Origin: Octopus bimaculoides
Lineage: Eukaryota
DNA length: 55,315 nucleotides
Reading direction: 5' to 3'
NCBI RefSeq assembly: GCF_001194135.2
Contig: NC_068982.1
Location: 6,675,888-6,731,202, forward strand
How positions within the stretch are numbered: the stretch's first letter is position 1; every line of letters begins with the position of its first letter. The position numbers and the translations under genes were made by a program. The notes under the pieces are model-generated. The model was not told the origin of the DNA and did not search any database. It saw only the letters and a program-made list of their open reading frames with translations. This document shows positions 47,707 to 55,315 of the stretch, piece by piece.

Positions 47707-48874
47707 GTACTGCAATTCTGCACAAGTACTTTTTTTTTCTTTTTACCAAAATGACATCATAACAACTCATTTCAAAGAATAAACAAAAGATACTTGAAAT
47801 ATTTGGAAGAGAAATTTCTGAATAGAGATGTGTGTCTACCTTGTGGTCTACCCAGATAATATATATAAAAAACTGAAAAACCACCATCATCAAGCCAGTA
47901 CTGTGAGACAAACTAATCAAAAGGATTTGCATTTAAATAAAAAATAATTCTGATTTGCTGTAAATGACGAAGCCTTGATGATAGAAAGTGTTCCGAAACT
48001 GCTTATTTTAACAGCATTAATGAACAAACACATACAGTCACCTACTCCCATAATAAACAACTACAACACAAACATGATGACTATAACATGAAAACATTAG
48101 GAAACCTCGATAGTTAAAACGGAAATCCAAATAGCTTTTCAAAGGGGAAATGTTATTTTGATATTTTATAGTTTATTTTAGTTTCTCAATGTTAGAAGTT
48201 TCGAATCTACTCGAATTGACTTTATGCTGTATAAATGTATTGACCTTTGGTCAATAAACATTTACCATTTTGTGGCTTTCATATATCACTTCTTCTGTTT
48301 CAATAATAACTTTGTCTCAATTGTAAAATAACTATTATTATTATCTGAAGTGAGAGAAAGAGAGCAAAAATTAGTGTAATATATGAAAGAACTATTAATT
48401 ATATTGGTTTTCTAATAGTAAGTTAGCTTGTAGAATGTAGCTGCTGTCAGCGGATTTAGAAATAATGGTTTTGTTTTAACAACTGAATAAAATTTACTTG
48501 TGTTCTATTTTCTAGATTCTTCTAAACAAAGCAGGTAAACAAGTGATGCAGGTAGTAAGTTCATTTGTGTATTTTCTGTTTCAGCTTTGATTTATCAAGG
48601 AAATCAATGAACAAAAAAGCTAAGCAGTTCTCATTGCTTCGAATACAAAAGGTGGGTGAAGCAAAGCAAGGGTATTACCGATTTCAGATATTAATCAATC
48701 TGAATATAATGCACCTTGCTTCAGTTCCTCGTTAAAGTTAGTTTCTAATTGTGATTTAATTGTGAATAAGTTAGAATAGTTTAATTACTTTTTCCTTCTT
48801 TACAATGGCAGACATCTTTCTATTATTTCAACTTATTGTGTGTAAAGAACTTCTTTATCAACATCATTCATCAT

Positions 48875-49210
48875 GTGAAGGCATGTGGCTCAGTGGTTAG
48901 AGTGTTGAGCTTACGATCGTGAGGTTGTGAGTTCAATTCCCGGACTGGGCTGCATGTTGTGTCCTTGAGCAAGACACTTTATTTCACGTTGCACCAGTTC
49001 ACTCAGCTGTAGAAATGAGTTGCGACATCACAGGTGCCAAGCTGTATCAGCCCTTTTGCCTTTCCCTTGGATAACATCGGTGGTGTAGAAAGGGGAGGCT
49101 GGAAAGCATGGGCGACTGCTTGTTTTCCTTACACAACCTTGCCTGGACTTGTGCCTCGGAGGTTAACTTTCTAGGTGTAATGCCATAGTCATACATGACT
49201 GAAGAGGGTC
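48875..49210 (+). mobile_element. Full SINE family E
   Basis: A box tggctcagtgg, B box gagttcaattccc, central ttgtgtccttgagcaagacac. Confidence 0.8.
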
Positions 49211-49619
49211 TCCTCCTCCTCGTCATGTTTACGTCTACGTTTCCATGCTTGCATGGGTCAGATGGAGTTTATTGAGGCAGCAACCTTCACCAGTTTCTAA
49301 AGAAGGCATACTTTCCCATGCTCAGACATGTTCTCACAGAATATTGCAAAGGAACGACATTTCCTGTGAGACAATGACAATTATTTGCAGCTACAACACA
49401 ATGTCAAGTCAAGGAGACACACACACACACAAATCCACACACGCACTCTTTGTTAACTCTTTGTGAACTCCCCTTTCAAACTTATACTCAAAAACTATCT
49501 TGGACATAAAGAAAATGAGATGTTTATGCCTGGATCTTCTTTGATCTCAGATCTCGATAGCCAGAGCTGACCTCAAACTAAATAACAACTCAACTGAAAT
49601 GAAACTCATCTCTGTGCCA

Positions 49620-49918
49620 TTATTTTTTCTTTTATTTGTTTTACTCAATTGACTGCGGCCATGTTGGAGCACCGCCTTTTGTCGAACAAAAAAATATATA
49701 TTCTTTAATTCTTTTATGTGTTTCAGACATTTGACTGTAGCCATGCTGGAGCACTACCTTTAGTTGAACAAATCGACCCCAGGACTTATTCTTTGTAAGC
49801 TTAGTACTTATTCTACCGGTCGCTTTTGCCGAACCGCTAAGTTGCGGGTACGTGAACACACCAATATTGATTGTCAAGCAATGGTGGGGACACAAACACA
49901 GACACACAAATATATACG

Positions 49919-49971
<53 letters not shown>

Positions 49972-50150
49972 CCACACATAGATATATATATATGACAGGC
50001 TTCTTTCAGTTTCTGTCTACCAAATACATTCACAGGGCTTTGGTCAGCCTGAGGCTATAGTAGAAGACACTCGCCCAAGGTGCCATGCAGTAGGATGAGA
50101 AACCGGAACCATGTGGTTGGAAAGCAAGCTACTTAGCACACAGCCACTCC
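49620..50150 (-). mobile_element. SINE-A with a duplicated tail
   Basis: Two ggccatg..ggagcac tails, (CA)n and a reverse head. Confidence 0.8.
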
Positions 50151-50889
50151 TGCATCTATGGCCATTCCTGTATAATTTTTATCAGAAAGTTTCATGTTGT
50201 CTTTGTTTAAATCAGAATATTTGCTATTTTACATCTGTAATGCAACCCTAAAAAAGAAATTCTAATGAGGAATGCTACTTTCTTTCTAATTTCAGAATCA
50301 CTGTTTTTGTTTCAATAACCGAGAAATAGCAACTGTGGCTGGATAAGACAAAAACTTAAATGGAAAGCAAAAATAAATATTATGCTTCAGTAAAAGACAA
50401 TTCTGTAATTAAATATAAACTTCACTTATATTACATTATAAATTTTTGCAATATTTGTAATTCATTTCTTCTTCAAACTTAAAACAAAAAGACAAAGAAA
50501 TAATTGCTAAAACATTTTTATAAAATATCCAAATTCATAATGACTCTTCAAGGGAAAATGTACTAAGATGGAAACTGACAAAAATATACTTTAATGGATT
50601 CACATTTAGATATTTCTAAATGCAGCTCATTGTTCATATTGTACAGCTTCAAGTCAGCTCTGTTTTTTTTTTAGGAGACCTGTGATCATGGGTGTTCTGG
50701 TTATGGCCATCCAACTTTAATATGAATGCAGACCTACATTGAGCTGTCACAAATGGAAAATATATTTCATAAAGAAATTTCTATCAAGTCATCAGTATGC
50801 TATTTTATCCATCAGCTAATGTTAACCTTGGTGTGAAATGAATTTAAAATGCAGGAGGGCAGAGGCAACCCTGCAAAGTATTGGCTGAG

Positions 50890-50983
50890 TCTGAGGCATT
50901 TGGGCAAGTGTCCTCTACCATAGCCTCAGGCCGACCAAAGCCTTGTGAGTGGATTTGGTAGATGGAAACGGAAAGAAGCCCAT

Positions 50984-51022
<39 letters not shown>

Positions 51023-51248
51023 GTGTGCATGTATGTGTGTGTGTGTATGTTTGTGTGTCTGTTTGTCCCCCCAACATCACTTGACAACAGAGGTGTGTTT
51101 ACGTCCCCGTCACTTAGTGGTTTGGCAAGAGAGACCAATAGAATAAGTACTAGGCTTACAAAGAATAAGTCCTGGGTCTAGTTGCCTGACTAGATGCGGT
51201 GCTCCAGCATGGCCACAGACAAATGACTGAAACAAATAAAAGAATAAA
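50890..51248 (+). mobile_element. SINE-A lacking the tRNA head
   Basis: gggcaagtgtcc...gactgaaacaaataaaagaataaaag. Confidence 0.8.
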
Positions 51249-51284
51249 AGAATAACCCCAGACCTACCAAAGCAGTTGTCTGAA

Positions 51285-51850
51285 AATGTCATCACGGTAT
51301 TATCTGCCAATGAGACATGATGCTGTAGCTAGGGCACTCTATAATGAAATCTGTCAGAAGGATAACCCCAAGGACAAAGAAATAAGAACCTAGAGTATGG
51401 TTGAAGCCATAGCTAATTATAAATAAAAGGAGTACTGGTGGAGTGTCCCAATGAAAACCTGAATACAATGTAAGCACAACAGACGTGGTTTAATAATTTG
51501 CGATAGAGAAGAGAAACTGTGTAGAGTTGTGGAAATTAGCTAACGAGCGGATGATAACAAAGCTGAAGATCAGTGGGAAAGAGAATATCTATGCGTGAGA
51601 AATCTGCAGTTACTCTCTCCAGATTGCAAGTTCAGGTTTATACCTGTAATTATTGGGGCCCTGGGATATGTAACACACTGCCTAAATACTAATCTTGAGA
51701 AATTAGGCTTGGAGAAAGCTGATTCGAAGGCTACAGATCCAATCCATCACTGGAACTGTAAAAATATGTAAAGCTTTCCAGAAGTTTATCATTTAAATAT
51801 ATATGAACATGTCTAGATATGCAACTATATGCATGAGAATACATACACAA
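51285..51850 (+). pseudogene. R4/Dong-like LINE C-terminus (second family), ending in (CATA)n
   Basis: YYLPMRHDAVARALYNEI, KEYWW, CKHNR..LII.DREEKLCRVVEIS, FIPVIIGALGYV and LQIQSITGTVKICK fit an RHD motif plus restriction-like endonuclease. Confidence 0.75.
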
Positions 51851-52329
51851 AACATACAAATCTGCACATACATACATACATGCATACTTCCATGCATACA
51901 CACTTGCACACATACATATATGCATACATATATACACACACACATACATACACAAATACACCTATACATACACAGATACATACACACACATACATACATA
52001 CATACCAACAAAAACGATACACCAGAGCATTCCGAGTTGGTTGGTACATCGGCTAATAAGTATTTTATGAGTGTGATTTTCTCCCTGCCTACCAGAACCA
52101 CCACCACCACCACTACCATCACAAAGTTCTCAGATGGTATGAAGTTGTGAATGTTTGCAAATATAAAACTTTGAAACATGGCAGTTGTAGCTATATTACT
52201 TACGAAAGCCATCTCCAAATGTCTTCCCAGCCTTGGTCAGTCTACTTCCATTTAATAAATATTTATAGCCCATTTTTTTCCTACCTATGTCTCTGTCTCA
52301 TAAATAAATACATACTAATATATATATAT

Positions 52330-52570
52330 GCATATTTATACATGTGTATATATATGTATGTACAAATTGATAGATAGAGAGAGAGAAAGAGAGAGAGAAA
52401 AAGAGAGAGATAAATAGATAGATAGATAGACTGACAGACAGACAGACAGATAGATAGATAGATAAACAGACAGACAGACAGATAGACTGACAGACAGACA
52501 AACAGACAGACAAACAGATCGATAGATAGACAGATAGATAGACAGACTGACAGAGAGATAGATAGATTTA
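52330..52570. repeat. Compound (GA)/(GATA)/(GACA) microsatellite
   Basis: Direct reading. Confidence 0.95.
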
Positions 52571-53200
52571 CACATATATGTGTATATGTTTATATATTTG
52601 TATATAAATATATGAAAGTGTATATACATGCATAAATGTATTGTGTATTGTGCATATAAAGTTATTCCAATTGCAAAATATAGAACTTTGTTATTTAACT
52701 TTCAACATTGCATTTAAAATGATTGGAAATGCAGAGTGGAAATAATTTTACCTCCCAGTCGATTCCAACACAGTATTTGAATTACAAATGTATGCTATAT
52801 CTCTTCCATGAGACAAAAAAGATTATTATACTTAACATGTTTTATACTTTCCCAAAGAATTTTTCACACTTTACATCTTTTGATAGACTAAGTTTCGTCA
52901 ACAATACCTATAAAATATTTCCAAAGTATAAAAGTATTTTTCTCGTATATTTTATGTTATTCATGCATAAACTTAGTAAATAGTTTGTGAAATCATACAT
53001 TAAATATTGTATTCTGCCATCAACTGATCAATTCTTTGTTTTCCTCTTCACTGGCACATCTGTTAATTCAAGGATGTGACTAAAATAATTGATTCAAGGT
53101 GACAGTTTTAGAGCTCAGGATGTTTCCATTGCACAGAGGAAAATGAAAACTTCCAATGAAAATATATTTTAAATGAATCTACTGAAAAGTACTTACTTGC

Positions 53201-53247
<47 letters not shown>

Positions 53248-53374
53248 CATATATATATATATATATTACATATACACACATGAAGAGGAAGGGGAGCACG
53301 AGGAGGAGAAGAAGGTGGAGGATGAGAAAAGGAGGAAAAGAAGAAGGTGGAGGAGGAGAAAAGTAGAAGAAGAA

Positions 53375-53782
53375 GAAAATGATTGCTTCCCAACATACAT
53401 GGTCTTGGTTTCTGTCCCACTGTGCATCGTTTTGGTCAAACATGTTCTAGTATAGCCCTTGGTCAACCAAAGCGTTGCTGGTGGATTTGCTGGACAGAAA
53501 CTGAAAGAAGCCTGCTGTATACATGTGTATATGTTTGTGTGTGTATATTCGTGTGTGCCCTTGTCTTGATATCATGATTGGACACAAGCATCACCATCAA
53601 ATAAGCAATATCGTTCATTTCCTGTCTTCAGTGGAAAACATTTCAGGCCTTGGGGAAATGAGTTGCTTAAGAACAGGTGAGGGTTTGCAACAGAAAGGTT
53701 AGCAGGCTGTAGAAAATCTGCGTCAACAAATTCTGTCTGACCCATGTGAATAAGGAAAAATGGACATTAAAAGATGATGATG
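53375..53782 (+). mobile_element. SINE-A head with RTE-like tail
   Basis: SINE-A head, then ...gctgtagaaaatctg...ctgacccatg...ggacattaaaagatgatgatgat. Confidence 0.7.
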
Positions 53783-53904
53783 ATTGGTAGGTAGATTGAT
53801 AGATAGATAGAGATAGAAAGAGAAAGAGAGAGAGCCAGACAGACAGACAGATAGATAGATAGATAGATAGACAGCCAGACAGATAGACAGACAGACATAT
53901 GGAT

Positions 53905-54498
53905 NNNNNNNNNNNNNNNNNNNNNNNNNNNNNNNNNNNNNNNNNNNNNNNNNNNNNNNNNNNNNNNNNNNNNNNNNNNNNNNNNNNNNNNNNNNNNNNN
54001 NNNNNNNNNNNNNNNNNNNNNNNNNNNNNNNNNNNNNNNNNNNNNNNNNNNNNNNNNNNNNNNNNNNNNNNNNNNNNNNNNNNNNNNNNNNNNNNNNNNN
54101 NNNNNNNNNNNNNNNNNNNNNNNNNNNNNNNNNNNNNNNNNNNNNNNNNNNNNNNNNNNNNNNNNNNNNNNNNNNNNNNNNNNNNNNNNNNNNNNNNNNN
54201 NNNNNNNNNNNNNNNNNNNNNNNNNNNNNNNNNNNNNNNNNNNNNNNNNNNNNNNNNNNNNNNNNNNNNNNNNNNNNNNNNNNNNNNNNNNNNNNNNNNN
54301 NNNNNNNNNNNNNNNNNNNNNNNNNNNNNNNNNNNNNNNNNNNNNNNNNNNNNNNNNNNNNNNNNNNNNNNNNNNNNNNNNNNNNNNNNNNNNNNNNNNN
54401 NNNNNNNNNNNNNNNNNNNNNNNNNNNNNNNNNNNNNNNNNNNNNNNNNNNNNNNNNNNNNNNNNNNNNNNNNNNNNNNNNNNNNNNNNNNNNNNNNN
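53905..54498. other. Assembly gap
   Basis: N run. Confidence 1.
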
Positions 54499-55315
54499 GG
54501 TTAGGAATTTCTCGTCGACACCCAGGTTTGCCCCGAGAGTGTCGTCAGACCTCCCCTCCACTAGCTCTCTATAGAACGCATCGGTCGTTTGGAAGTTGCA
54601 CAAGTTTGATCCCGGACGGCAGAACTGTTGTAGAGCTTGGCGACACTCGCGGTGCCAATCGCCCAGTTTCGGTCTCTTCCTGAGCCATGTTTGCAGTTCG
54701 GTGAGTGAGACGAGCTACGGGAAGGCGCGCCTCACAAACGGCGCCCACACCTGTTCACCGTCGTCAATGAAGTTCCGGAGATGCCGCAGTCTCAGCGCAT
54801 GTCTGCGCATCATTAACCGTGGCATCCCTAGTCCTCCATGTAACGGTTGTTGACAGCAAATGGATTGCCTCACCATCGGAATACCACCCTTCCACAGAAA
54901 GCGGAAAAGTATGCGTTCTAGTTTCATGATGGTGGCATCGGGACAAGGCACGACGGTCAGGTGGTAATCGATGACTGATGCGATATACACATTAGCCGCC
55001 CTCCGCCCGGCCTTTTAGAGATAACTTTCTCTCGGCCCATGTTTGACTGAGTTTGATCACTCTACTGGTGATCTCGTCCCAGTTCTTATCCATTTGGAGG
55101 TCAGGACTGAACCAGACCCCGAGCAGTTTAACCGGTCCGTCCGTCCAGCGTCCCACTACGGAGTCGCTGTTGGACGGTATGGGCTTGCTTCTCCAGGTGC
55201 CGAGTAACAAACCCACTGACTTTTCCGGGTTAATTTTTGCTCCTGTCACCGTTTCGTATTCTTTAAGTGTCTCGCCTAGCATCTCGACGTGCTTTTCGCT
55301 CGACACTATGACGGT
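54499..55315 (-). pseudogene. Tx1/L1-clade LINE ORF2 fragment (RT C-terminal region), continuing beyond the window
   Basis: YETVTGAKINPEKS...VKLLGVWF...LSLKGRA / YIASVIDYHL..FLWKGG...GGLGMP. One frameshift near 54995 and one in-frame stop at 54715. GC-rich compared with its surroundings. Confidence 0.85.

Larger units (their letters stand above)
46701..48030. repeat. ~125-bp inverted repeat (46701-46826 / 47906-48030) enclosing 1.08 kb
   Basis: ttgttcattaatgctgttaaaataagcag...gattagtttgtct versus its reverse complement, with few mismatches. Confidence 0.9.

Overview
AT-rich animal genomic DNA with six assembly gaps, dense (TA)n/(CA)n/(ATC)n/(AAT)n microsatellites and almost wall-to-wall transposon relics. 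The repeat families look like those I associate with Octopus; this is recognition from memory, not a database result. No host gene is confidently identifiable. One 263-nt exon-like open frame with a GTAAGT donor sits at 33383-33645. Recognisable mobile DNA includes two mariner copies and a mariner MITE, a Tc1 fragment, a pogo/Tigger relic, piggyBac-like MITEs and a probable solo LTR. Retroelements include RTE, R4/Dong-like, Tx1/L1 and Penelope-like (PLE) fragments and several tRNA-headed SINE families. The main result is nine minimal type I hammerhead ribozyme (HHR) motifs. Seven lie in the tail of one tRNA-headed SINE family, here called SINE-C, and two of those are fully intact. All four forward SINE-C copies carry an inverted segment at their 5' end: an inverted SINE tail in three cases and an inverted PLE ORF fragment in one. 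One composite is bounded by a 12-bp direct repeat. This points to a ribozyme-carrying SINE mobilised by Penelope-like machinery (inference; Schistosoma Sm-alpha and retrozymes are partial precedents). The window also shows repeated local inverted duplications, an RTE 3' UTR built from ~66-bp hairpin units of variable copy number, a ~49-copy 26-bp minisatellite derived from that unit, and a Dong-like LINE nested in the SINE's (AAT)n tract. Coordinates were counted by hand, and many element boundaries are approximate.
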